From NCBI GenBank assembly GCA_043813075.1, contig JBDRLL010000001.1, positions 1 to 50,342 on the forward strand: a stretch of DNA of 50,342 nucleotides, written 5' to 3'. Both the position numbers and the translations under genes were made by a program. Under the pieces are notes generated by a model. It worked only from the letters and a program-made list of their open reading frames with translations, did no database searches and was not told the DNA's origin. Within the stretch, counting starts at the first letter, position 1; each line of letters begins with the position of its first letter. Shown here in pieces: positions 9,679-18,938 of the stretch. The DNA is from Candidatus Altiarchaeota archaeon. Its GTDB lineage: Archaea > Altiarchaeota > Altiarchaeia > IMC4 > SCGC-AAA252-I15.

Positions 9679-10713
9679 ATGACACCTGTCAGGGAGTTGA
9701 GGCATAGGCTGAGGCGGCTGCGGGAAGCGCTGTCCATGAAGGGCGTGAAGGCCCTCTGCGTCTGCAAGGAGGAGGACTTGTTCTACCTGTCGGGGGCGAA
9801 GACTGGCAGAATATTAGTGACACCTGACGAGGCAGTATTATGGGTTAAGGAACCGTACGCCAGCGAATACGGGAGACTGTACGGCAGCAGAGGGTATCCG
9901 CTCGACGTCAGGGAATACAAGAGGGATTCCCTCAGGAAGGCCCTCATGGGCATGCGTTTGCGGAGAATCCACGTGGACGACGTCAGCCTCGACTACGGAG
10001 AGTACCTGTCGAATGCTGTCGGAAAGAGGGTTGAATACTCTGAGATGATGAAGGATGTGAGGGCAGTCAAGAGCAGGTATGAGGTGGATTGCATTAGAAA
10101 AGCATGTAGCATAGCGAAGGCTGGGATGAGGAAGGCCAGGGAAACTGTGGATTCTGGCGTGAGGGAATTGGATGCCGTAGCGGAGATAGAGGCGGAGTTG
10201 AGGAGGAGGGGCTCCATCAAACCACCGTTCGGCGGCGGCATGCTGCTGGCTTCAGGCAGGGGAAGCTCTAACATACACGCGGAAGCTAGGCTGAGGAAGA
10301 TCGGGAGGGGCCTTGTGGTGGTCGACCTGGGAGCAGTCTACGGGGGATACTACTCGGACACGACAAGAACCTTCGCGGTAGATCCGACAAAAGAGGAGAG
10401 AGAGATGATGAAGTTCGTGAGAAGCGTGGAACTGGACACCATCGGGATGATAAGATGCGGAATGAAAGTTCATGAGGTATACGACTTCATCGACGGGATG
10501 TTCAAGGAAAAAGGGCTAAGACAATACCATCTGCCAGGCCATGGAGTCGGCCTGGAGATACATGAGAATCCGAGTCTAACGCCAAAGTCGAGGGTGATTC
10601 TGGAGAAGAACATGACTTTCACGATAGAGCCGGGAGTCTATTCCCCTGGAAGATACGGCGTCAGGTTCGAGGACACGATATTAGTGGATAAGAAGGCGAG
10701 GACGCTAACTTAG
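9679..10713 (+). CDS. pepQ: Xaa-Pro dipeptidase / M24 aminopeptidase P family
   Basis: N-terminal creatinase-like domain. VDLGAVYGGYYSDTTRT, HLPGHGVGLEIHE, TIEPGVY, GVRFED. Confidence 0.9.
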   Translation: MTPVRELRHRLRRLREALSMKGVKALCVCKEEDLFYLSGAKTGRILVTPDEAVLWVKEPYASEYGRLYGSRGYPLDVREYKRDSLRKALMGMRLRRIHVDDVSLDYGEYLSNAVGKRVEYSEMMKDVRAVKSRYEVDCIRKACSIAKAGMRKARETVDSGVRELDAVAEIEAELRRRGSIKPPFGGGMLLASGRGSSNIHAEARLRKIGRGLVVVDLGAVYGGYYSDTTRTFAVDPTKEEREMMKFVRSVELDTIGMIRCGMKVHEVYDFIDGMFKEKGLRQYHLPGHGVGLEIHENPSLTPKSRVILEKNMTFTIEPGVYSPGRYGVRFEDTILVDKKARTLT

Positions 10714-10992
10714 CTCGCTGTTAACCATCTTGAAGTACTTGAAGGTGAGGCGCATCGCGTAAGGGGTGACGTCAGGCCTGTTGAACTCCATCACAGACGA
10801 GCTGTGGGATATCTCTCTCCTAACGTTCTCGCATATCCTAGCCCTCTCATCCTCGGTGAGTGAACTCCATATGTCCTTTATCAGGTCGACCTCCTCTTCG
10901 GAAGGTATGCCCTCTGAAGTGAATCCCACCACCTCAAGACGCCTTGAGAACTTATCCAGCAGATCTCCCATGCGATCGCTAACTCCAGTCAT
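10705..10992 (-). CDS. Hypothetical protein (~95 aa)
   Basis: ORF MTGVSDRMGDLLDKFSRRLE..., helical and charged, convergent with pepQ. Confidence 0.55.
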   Translation of the reverse strand: MTGVSDRMGDLLDKFSRRLEVVGFTSEGIPSEEEVDLIKDIWSSLTEDERARICENVRREISHSSSVMEFNRPDVTPYAMRLTFKYFKMVNSELS

Positions 10993-10993
10993 G

Positions 10994-11167
10994 TTAAAGC
11001 ACCGTCCCAACGCACTTCCTGGCCATTGCCGCGGTGAACCGGGCGCCGTCCATGTCGCTCATAAGAGCCTGATGAGAGAGTAGTGTAAGGCCGTCATCCA
11101 TCAACCCCACTTCGATGGAGCCCTTGCTGACGCCTGAAAACCGCTTTTCAACCTCCCTTAGGCCCAT
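10994..11167 (-). CDS. Hypothetical small protein (57 aa)
   Basis: MGLREVEKRFSGVSKGSIEVG... starts just after an AT-rich promoter region. Its stop is 1 nt before the ATG of the next ORF. Confidence 0.4.
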   Translation of the reverse strand: MGLREVEKRFSGVSKGSIEVGLMDDGLTLLSHQALMSDMDGARFTAAMARKCVGTVL

Positions 11168-11201
11168 ATAATATAATAGACAAGTGAAATACTTAAATGT
11201 T

Positions 11202-11522
11202 GTGGCAAAACATAGGAACAAGTCGGAGGAAAAGCAGATAGTCCTGGAGAGGCTGGACATACTCTTCAGGCTCGCTGAGGATGAGGCCGTCAAGGGGAAC
11301 ACTGGGAAGGCTTCTGAGATGGTGGCTTCAGCGGTTAAGCTGTCAACAAGGTATAACACCCCGATTCCCAGGGAGTACAGGCAGAGGATATGCAAGCACT
11401 GCAAGTCGTACTTCACGTCTTCGAACTCAATGAGGAGGCTGAATCCGGGTCACAAGAGGGTTGAAGTCAAGTGCCTCGATTGCGGGAGAAAAACATTCAT
11501 CACATACGGTCATGCGAGATAG
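11202..11522 (+). CDS. rnp4: Ribonuclease P protein component 4 (Rpp21/RPR2)
   Basis: ERLDILF, REYRQRICKHC...VKCLDCG zinc ribbon. GTG start at 11202 chosen by distance from the TATA-rich tract. Confidence 0.88.
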   Translation: MAKHRNKSEEKQIVLERLDILFRLAEDEAVKGNTGKASEMVASAVKLSTRYNTPIPREYRQRICKHCKSYFTSSNSMRRLNPGHKRVEVKCLDCGRKTFITYGHAR

Positions 11523-11527
11523 TAGGG

Positions 11528-12244
11528 CTACTGGAGGCTTCTGCAGAGCTTTTGCCTTAACCTGCCGGAGGATATCGCGAGGAGGTTAAACGTATCCCTT
11601 ATGGCGGGGACGAGTCCGAACTTGCTTTCACCCTTGTCCCTGTGCCGGTAGTGCATTGGAAGCTCTGTTATCCTTCCGCCGGCCTGGCTTATCCTATCCA
11701 ATACCTCGACCTGGACGGAGAAATAATTTGTGCGAGTGTCGGACTCGACAGCCGTCTTCAGGACTTTACCGCGATAGGCTCGGAACCCGCTTGAAGTGTC
11801 CTTCGCACGGAGTCCCATCATCATGCGCGAGAGCACGTTCGCAGTCATGCTTATGAGAAGCCTGTGCTTTTGAAGGTCAACCCTGCTGCCCTTAACGTAG
11901 CGTGACGATATTACAACGTCAAACCCCTCGCTTATCTTGGATAGCATTGGCTTTATGCCCGCCGGATCATGGTTTTCAGCATCCATGGTGACGACATATT
12001 CTCCCGCAGCCGCCCGCATGCCGTCGACAAGCGCGTTGGCGTATCCCCTCCCAGACTGACGCATATACCTGAGCTTGCCGTAGTCTACCTGTAGTTTCCT
12101 TACAGTCTCTGGCGTGCCGTCGCTGCTATCCCCGTCAACAACAACAACCTCAAAATCCAATCCATCCAGGACGGAATATATCTCAGGTATGAGGGACTCA
12201 ATATTATCCCTCTCATTCAATACGGGAATCACCACGGATATCAT
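11528..12244 (-). CDS. GT2 glycosyltransferase, polyprenol/dolichol-phosphate mannose synthase-like
   Basis: ISVVIPVLNE, VVVDGDSSDGT, DVVISSRY, DTSSGFRAY, RHRDKGESK. Confidence 0.9.
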   Translation of the reverse strand: MISVVIPVLNERDNIESLIPEIYSVLDGLDFEVVVVDGDSSDGTPETVRKLQVDYGKLRYMRQSGRGYANALVDGMRAAAGEYVVTMDAENHDPAGIKPMLSKISEGFDVVISSRYVKGSRVDLQKHRLLISMTANVLSRMMMGLRAKDTSSGFRAYRGKVLKTAVESDTRTNYFSVQVEVLDRISQAGGRITELPMHYRHRDKGESKFGLVPAIRDTFNLLAISSGRLRQKLCRSLQ

Positions 12245-12281
12245 GTTAGATAGAAATAAGCCAGGAGTAGCTAAAAAACCC

Positions 12282-14621
12282 TTAATAACCACGTTTAGAT
12301 ACGCGGTAGGCCGCGTAAGCAAGGAACAATGCCATGCACGCTATGATGGCTGGTAGGAGTGTGGGGAAAAAGCCTTCAGACCCGGTGATGCCTGAGCCGG
12401 CTGACGACTGCCCTAATAATGCGGCAGACTTTCCAACACCAGAGAGGACGCCAGAGTCGTTGAACAAACGCAGTGCAGTCAGTGAGTGATTCGCCGCGAG
12501 ACTGTTGTCGCCGGCCTCAAAGCTTTCGACGCCGAGGAGGTAATGCCGTTCAGCCTCCAATGCCGTCAGAGCGCGGTCACTAAGCCTGGAGGCCATGCTT
12601 GCGTTGCCTTCGAGGCCATGCTGTATGAACACGTCTCCAGCACTTCCCGCCAGGACGGAAGACTCATTGTATAAGCCGGATTCAAATAGCACGACAGCCT
12701 CTTGATAAACCAATGTGGCGTCAACAACCGCGAGGGTGTTTTCCACCAGGCCAAGACCCTGAGAATCGTTGATGCTGGCGTAGAGGAGCATGGACGCGTT
12801 AAGTAACCTCTTCGACCCAGCCAGCGAGCCATTATCAAAAGCCCTCACGGCATCACCGTAGACCATGAAAGCCCTATGAGCGTTCTCAGAGCCATTAGCC
12901 AGACGCCAGGCCTTTTCCACGCCAAGAGCATCAGATACTATTAGGTAGTAGACCATCGCGCTCCTCGCGTAATTGCTTGCGTTAAGGTAATCACGTGAGG
13001 AATACAGGTGTTCGGCCTCCATCAGATAGAGGTCTGCGTCAATGCGGTAGCCTAGGGTGGCCGCCTTCTCCGATCCCTCGTCGTATCTGGTAGTGTTGAA
13101 GTAGGTTATGGCCTCATCGAGGAACACTTTAGCTCCCGCATAATCGCCTTCACGATATCTGGTTGAAGCGTTGAAGTATAGGCGGTAGCCCTGTATGTTG
13201 GATAGTATGGCCCTGGATTTGCCGGCCATCCTATCGTCGCCGATACGCTCGAACTCGTTGGAAGCCTCACTAGCATACTTGTAGGCTTTTATCAGGTCGC
13301 CTATATCCAGCAGCCGCAAGGCGTTGTCGTACATGCTTAGAATCCTCTGGCGTTCCATCGCCCTCCAGCTTCCGAACGCGTGCACGTTCCCCTCATCATC
13401 GCCGACTATTATCTCAAGAGTGCCGTCGCCGGTCAAATCCGCTAACGCCGGCGAGGAGGAGATGCTGTTATTCAGGTCATAAGCCCACTTCTTCACGCCA
13501 GGATGGTTCACCGCGAAGAGTATGCCGTCGTTGCTGCCGAACACTATGTCGGTCACATTATCGCCGTCAACATCCGCCACCGCGGGAGTCGAACGTATGT
13601 TGTTGCTGACACTGTACCTGAAAAGCCTCCTGCCCCAGTAGTCGAGCGCAATCAGTTCGTTTCCTGCGCAGAAGACTATGTCAGAGTAGGAGTCGTTGTC
13701 TACAGGACCTACCACAGGCGCTCCGGAAGCCTTCTTCGTCCCATTGTAGGTCCAGACAGGGTAAAGGCTTGACATGGATATCCCAGATGAATCAGCGTAT
13801 TCCGTGTAGTGGAGCTTGTAGAGAATGTTCCCGGAAGTGAAGAAGATGTTCCCAAGCGAGTCCACCGCGGGAGCCAGGTCAACATCATCATTAGCGAGAT
13901 AAGACCATACCCTGGATGGCGGCGCCTTGACTGCGTAAAGCAGGTTGTCGTCGGAACCGAACACTACTTCCATGCTCCCGTCACCGTCAATGTCCAGCAC
14001 GCTGGGTGATGATTCAACAGGGTCGCCGGTAGAATAACTCCAACGCAGGACACCCTCATGGCTAAGGCAGTATACATTCTCGTCCATGGACCCGAACACC
14101 ACTTCAGGACGCTTGAAGACGTCTAGGTCATAGACTAGTGGCGACGACCGCACCATGCCATGGGTCGTGAAACTCCACAATAGCGTGCCATTATGGGTGA
14201 CCGCATAAAGGCTGCCGTCGTCGGAGCCGAACACTATCTCAAGTAAGCCGTCACCGTCCAGATCAACCACTGACGGCGTGGAGTATATGGGGCCTGAGAA
14301 TGAACGGTTCCACACCAGACCACCCTCCGAGTCAATGACGTATAACACGCCGTCTGAGGATGCTGCCACTATCTCCAGAAGCCCGTCGCCGTCCAGGTCG
14401 GCTGCCAGGGGGGTTGTCTTAACGGACCTGCCGGTGGGGAAGGACCATAGTAGCGTATAATCCTCGAAAGACGCTGCGGACTCCGCCTGGGTGTACCCTG
14501 AGCGGGAGGCATCGTGCTTGTACGCAGGCCATGATGCCTCCACAGCAGACTGGCTGCTGGAAGCCATGGCAGAGAGCAGTAGGAAAGCCGGAAATACGCG
14601 TAGGAACACCCCAATCCTCAT
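12282..14621 (-). CDS. Membrane-anchored surface protein: FG-GAP/PQQ-like beta-propeller plus helical repeats
   Basis: Signal peptide, repeated SSP-x3-D-LDGDG-LEIVFGSDDG-LY..W blades, about six TPR-like repeats, and a C-terminal TM helix with basic tail. Confidence 0.88.
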   Translation of the reverse strand: MRIGVFLRVFPAFLLLSAMASSSQSAVEASWPAYKHDASRSGYTQAESAASFEDYTLLWSFPTGRSVKTTPLAADLDGDGLLEIVAASSDGVLYVIDSEGGLVWNRSFSGPIYSTPSVVDLDGDGLLEIVFGSDDGSLYAVTHNGTLLWSFTTHGMVRSSPLVYDLDVFKRPEVVFGSMDENVYCLSHEGVLRWSYSTGDPVESSPSVLDIDGDGSMEVVFGSDDNLLYAVKAPPSRVWSYLANDDVDLAPAVDSLGNIFFTSGNILYKLHYTEYADSSGISMSSLYPVWTYNGTKKASGAPVVGPVDNDSYSDIVFCAGNELIALDYWGRRLFRYSVSNNIRSTPAVADVDGDNVTDIVFGSNDGILFAVNHPGVKKWAYDLNNSISSSPALADLTGDGTLEIIVGDDEGNVHAFGSWRAMERQRILSMYDNALRLLDIGDLIKAYKYASEASNEFERIGDDRMAGKSRAILSNIQGYRLYFNASTRYREGDYAGAKVFLDEAITYFNTTRYDEGSEKAATLGYRIDADLYLMEAEHLYSSRDYLNASNYARSAMVYYLIVSDALGVEKAWRLANGSENAHRAFMVYGDAVRAFDNGSLAGSKRLLNASMLLYASINDSQGLGLVENTLAVVDATLVYQEAVVLFESGLYNESSVLAGSAGDVFIQHGLEGNASMASRLSDRALTALEAERHYLLGVESFEAGDNSLAANHSLTALRLFNDSGVLSGVGKSAALLGQSSAGSGITGSEGFFPTLLPAIIACMALFLAYAAYRVSKRGY

Positions 14622-14653
14622 TAATTATAACTATATTCAAATACTATTAAAAG

Positions 14654-15709
14654 ATGGTCGTACGTGTTGATTCTTCTCAAGACAATCATGGTCAGACAAG
14701 CATTGAATTAATCATTAGCCTCGCATTCCTCATACTCACGTTCGTCATACTGGTCCTGCTCGCCACAGACAAGACTGAGGAGAGCGCGGAGTTGAAGATA
14801 TACTTGGACGTCAAGAGGATAGGGGAGAGCATCAAGGACAATGTAAACACCGTAAGCCAGCAGGGCCCGGGATACTACAAGTACTTCAGCCTGCCTGAGA
14901 GGATAAGAGGCCACTTCGACTATAACGTGAGTGTCGAAGGCAACACGCTCTACATATCATGGGACCACCGTCTGTCTCCCTGGAGCAGCCAGATGGTGAC
15001 ACCCAACGTTACTGTGATAAACATCACGAAGGGTTTGAACTCCAGGAACTGCGTTATAAACGATGAAGGTGTTGTTAAGATAAAACGGATCTGCGGTAAA
15101 GTGGCGGTACTAGTGTACGAGGGGGAGGGCCGTGACAGGACTCTTCTGGACGGCTTAAGCGGCTCCTGCAAGATAGAGGTCGAGAATACGAGCGACGCAG
15201 GATACTTGACTCCTGAAAGGCTAGCGGAGTATGACGTGCTGTGGATGGAGTACAACAGCGTTGCTGGAGGCTCCTATACGCTGGACGCCGACTCTGAGGC
15301 TGCGATAAAGGATTTCGCGTATAATGGGGGGATAGTCTGGTCCGACTCCCAGGAATACACGACCTGGAGGGCGGACTGGCTACCTTACTACGTTGATGTG
15401 GGATCGGGCGGGGACGTGAACATGAACACGACGGAAGACGCTGGAACCTTCTTTGATATACCGTCGCAGGTGGACCCAGACAATCTCGTGTTTGACGAGT
15501 ATTATACCGGATGGACTTCAGGATACAAGGTCATGGCCTATCAGGAGGGTAATGAAACGCGGGCAGGCTTCCTACGGCTGGACTATGGTTCCGGAACATA
15601 CCTGTTGAGCACACTAAACGTAGACGCCGCTATGACGGAGTACGACGGCAACAACACCGCAATATTCAACAACATGTTCAACCAACTAACTCCACGTTCA
15701 AAATGCTGA
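14654..15709 (+). CDS. Class III signal peptide (pilin-like) protein with an extra C-terminal domain
   Basis: HG/QTSIE followed by a hydrophobic helix. The C-terminal half (LAEYDVLW...IKDFAYNGG) looks class I GATase-like. Confidence 0.75.
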   Translation: MVVRVDSSQDNHGQTSIELIISLAFLILTFVILVLLATDKTEESAELKIYLDVKRIGESIKDNVNTVSQQGPGYYKYFSLPERIRGHFDYNVSVEGNTLYISWDHRLSPWSSQMVTPNVTVINITKGLNSRNCVINDEGVVKIKRICGKVAVLVYEGEGRDRTLLDGLSGSCKIEVENTSDAGYLTPERLAEYDVLWMEYNSVAGGSYTLDADSEAAIKDFAYNGGIVWSDSQEYTTWRADWLPYYVDVGSGGDVNMNTTEDAGTFFDIPSQVDPDNLVFDEYYTGWTSGYKVMAYQEGNETRAGFLRLDYGSGTYLLSTLNVDAAMTEYDGNNTAIFNNMFNQLTPRSKC

Positions 15710-16254
15710 GAATGAAGTCATCCAGAGGGCAGGTGTTCAGCGGGGAATTCGTGATGTCATACATCATACTGCTGATAGTGCTATCCCTGATACTGTACCT
15801 GTGGAATACCACTACGAGGGAGATAATACAGTCAGACAAGCAGGACAGGCTGAACGAGGCTGCGATAGACGCGGCAGAACAGCTGGTGAGGACTCCTGGA
15901 AGCCCGAGATACTGGAACCACAGCGACGTGACATCGGTAGGGCTCGTCAACGAGAGCAGGCACATAATGTCTGGCAAGGCTCTGGAATTCGTCTACATGA
16001 TGGACGCCGGCAACTCCACGCTCTGCAGTGACGGGGACTCGAACTACGATTGCAACAAGTATCTGCTCGGCCTCGGCAACTACGAGTTCTACTTCAACAT
16101 CACATACTTCAACAGGACTACGGTCGTGATAAACAACACTGGATTGTACGCGGGCATGACGCCGGACGAGGACGAGAGAAAGGTCACGATCCTGAGGAAC
16201 GCCCTGATAGACGAGGACATAGTGTCCGTGTATTTAACAGTCTGGGAGAGTTAA
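15703..16254 (+). CDS. Class III signal peptide (minor pilin-like) protein
   Basis: KSSRG/QVFSGE plus hydrophobic helix. LVRTPGSPRYW motif typical of archaeal minor pilins. Confidence 0.78.
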   Translation: MLRMKSSRGQVFSGEFVMSYIILLIVLSLILYLWNTTTREIIQSDKQDRLNEAAIDAAEQLVRTPGSPRYWNHSDVTSVGLVNESRHIMSGKALEFVYMMDAGNSTLCSDGDSNYDCNKYLLGLGNYEFYFNITYFNRTTVVINNTGLYAGMTPDEDERKVTILRNALIDEDIVSVYLTVWES

Positions 16255-16273
16255 TACAGTAAAGGGGGATTAG

Positions 16274-18937
16274 ATGAGGAACAGAGGGTATGGCATAATA
16301 ATAGACGCGGTGTTCGCGCTGACAGTGACCATGATACTGTTCACCACCCTCATAGGCATGAGCTACTCCGGCTCGAGCCCCAGCGACACGTCATTCAAGA
16401 GGCTCCACTACGTCTCTGAAGATGCCCTGGACGTCCTGAACAAGAAGGGCATACTGGACCAGGTGGGGGAATACTGGGCTGCCGCCAACGGGAACCAATC
16501 CAGCGAGGAGTTCATCAACGCGACGAACATATCCACACAATACCTTGACGAGCTCATACCGCCCAACATGGGGTACATGCTGACCGTCGACGACGAGCTC
16601 ATAGCCAATGAGACGAGGGGCATAGACCCAGACAACTCGCTCGTCAAAACCCATTCAACAAGGCTGCTCGTAGGATACGGGAGGGGGATGCCGACGAGAG
16701 GTCACGTAGCAAGGTCTTTCCTAAGCAACATAAGGGAGAAGGAGACGTCAGAATACGCTTACTTCGGCGGGTTCATAGGCCAGGGCAACATCACCACTTA
16801 CTTGAGGGGGCTACCCGTGGACGTGAACGTTAACAGGGCCTGCTTCGAGCTTAACACTCTGGCGCCATTCGACGCGTACGTGAACGACAATTATGCGGGA
16901 ACATTCACGCCCAGCGGGACGAGCATGAACGCCACCATCAAGGGGTCGGCGGGATGCGTCCAGTCCGCATACCTGAACTCCTTCACGTCAGGAGACAACA
17001 GGATAGACCTGAAGTTCTCAACCTCCAACTTCAGCCTCATGTACGTTGGCGGCGGATACCTGCAGGTCACATACAACACGTCACAGATGGACACTGACGA
17101 GATAAGCGATGTGGGCAGATACTATTTCCCGGGTGTTGACGGGCTGATAAACATCTACGACTCGTTCTACGTCCCGGGAAGGCTTGAAAGCCTGAACGCA
17201 TACCTGCATTACACGAGCAACTACTCAGTCTACCTGAACATAGGCGGCATCACGGTATTCAACTCGAGCGGAAACATGACTGAGCAGAACATGACGCTGA
17301 CGAACGAGCAACTGGAGAGTTCAGGGCTGGTGTACTACCCGGACATGAGCGAGAACACCATACCCGTCAGGATGGGGACAGGAAACTTCTCCTACACCAT
17401 CACCTCCGGAAGCGCGGACGTCGTGCTTATAACAGACATGTCAGGCAGCATGCTCAGGTGCCTTAACAGCAACAACTACTGCACCCAAGACAGCCACTGC
17501 CCGGGCTCAAGATGCAGGTGGCCTTACGCAAAGGAGCTGGACAAACAGTTCATAGAGATGGTTTTGAATACGACAGGCAACAGGGTCGGCCTCGTCACGT
17601 ACAGTTACAACGCGTACAACAGGCACGACCTGAGCAACAATGAGGCAGACCTCAACCAGACTGTTGACGGCCTAGCCACTCCAGACGGTGGGACGTGCAT
17701 CTGCTGCGCCATAAGGATGGCGAGGAACATGCTGGAGGAGCAGAGCAACGAATACAGGGACAAGTACATAATCGTGATGACCGACGGCATAGCCAACATC
17801 AGGTGCAGCATATCTGATGAAGACAGGACCAGCTGCTGCAGCCAATACTATTGCAGTTCGCCGACATGCGGATACGGGTTATACTGGAGCGGGACCTGCA
17901 GCGACTACCTGGACGACACCGCGATAGATAATGCGATAAACGATTCCCTGAAGTCTCACGAGGAGTTGAACGCCACAGTGAACACCATAGGCTTCGGGGC
18001 GGGTGCGATAGGATGCAACGTCGCGGTCAACGCGCTGCAGAACATATCCCGCTACGGAAACGGCACCTACTGTGCGAGCGACAATCCAGCTGACCTCCTG
18101 AACTGCTACGTCGACATCGCAGACAAGATATTCACTACAAGCCAGAAGTCACAGACAGTCTACTTCGGCGGGGTGCTGAGCAACTCCACCATATACCCGG
18201 ACTCGTACATAGAATACGAGTACACTCCAGGAAACGAGTCGACCTACGGGGAAGTCTCGATAACCCAGTCAAGCGACCCGTTCAACGACCCCACAGACTG
18301 CACTGGAGAGGTCACAATACCAGCCAACGTTGTGGTCTCTGACTTCAAGGTCACTTCATACTCCAGCAACCACTGGACAGACTACCTGAGGATAGACAAC
18401 ACACTGTACAGCCATGAAGCCTACAGGCTTTGGAGCGACTATGGAGGAGACTACACCCCGCTGGGAGACCCATATATCGTTAACGTTCCAGCAGACTACG
18501 TTGTACCTGGGGATGACAACATCGTAACCATCGAGACGGGAGACAACCAGAGCTCTAGGACCGGATGCAGTGGAGACGACAGGGCGATATACACGCTCAG
18601 GATACAGAGCCTCGTTGGATACGGGAACATACACTCCGAGAGCGTCGGATGCGACTGGAACATAGAATTCGAGGACGGCACCACCTACAGCGCAAGCATA
18701 CCGTCATATTATAACGAAAGCGAAGTATGTAACTACACTACGACAAGCAGGCACTACGACGAGGACGACGCGATAGACGACTCAGTCTTCCGCCTAATGT
18801 CAAACCTCGACCTGGACAACGACTCGAGAGTCGACCTGCTCTTCGACCCGGATATGATAGGCTTCGAGCTATCGAGCGCTGGAGGAGTCCAGTCGCTATG
18901 GGGGCCGGCAAAATTCAAGCTGATAATATGGATGTAG
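16274..18937 (+). CDS. Large pilin-like adhesin with a von Willebrand A domain
   Basis: RNRG/YGIIID plus hydrophobic helix. MIDAS elements DMSGS...GGT...VMTDG. Cys-rich, many N-x-S/T sequons. Confidence 0.85.
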   Translation: MRNRGYGIIIDAVFALTVTMILFTTLIGMSYSGSSPSDTSFKRLHYVSEDALDVLNKKGILDQVGEYWAAANGNQSSEEFINATNISTQYLDELIPPNMGYMLTVDDELIANETRGIDPDNSLVKTHSTRLLVGYGRGMPTRGHVARSFLSNIREKETSEYAYFGGFIGQGNITTYLRGLPVDVNVNRACFELNTLAPFDAYVNDNYAGTFTPSGTSMNATIKGSAGCVQSAYLNSFTSGDNRIDLKFSTSNFSLMYVGGGYLQVTYNTSQMDTDEISDVGRYYFPGVDGLINIYDSFYVPGRLESLNAYLHYTSNYSVYLNIGGITVFNSSGNMTEQNMTLTNEQLESSGLVYYPDMSENTIPVRMGTGNFSYTITSGSADVVLITDMSGSMLRCLNSNNYCTQDSHCPGSRCRWPYAKELDKQFIEMVLNTTGNRVGLVTYSYNAYNRHDLSNNEADLNQTVDGLATPDGGTCICCAIRMARNMLEEQSNEYRDKYIIVMTDGIANIRCSISDEDRTSCCSQYYCSSPTCGYGLYWSGTCSDYLDDTAIDNAINDSLKSHEELNATVNTIGFGAGAIGCNVAVNALQNISRYGNGTYCASDNPADLLNCYVDIADKIFTTSQKSQTVYFGGVLSNSTIYPDSYIEYEYTPGNESTYGEVSITQSSDPFNDPTDCTGEVTIPANVVVSDFKVTSYSSNHWTDYLRIDNTLYSHEAYRLWSDYGGDYTPLGDPYIVNVPADYVVPGDDNIVTIETGDNQSSRTGCSGDDRAIYTLRIQSLVGYGNIHSESVGCDWNIEFEDGTTYSASIPSYYNESEVCNYTTTSRHYDEDDAIDDSVFRLMSNLDLDNDSRVDLLFDPDMIGFELSSAGGVQSLWGPAKFKLIIWM

Positions 18938-18938
18938 G

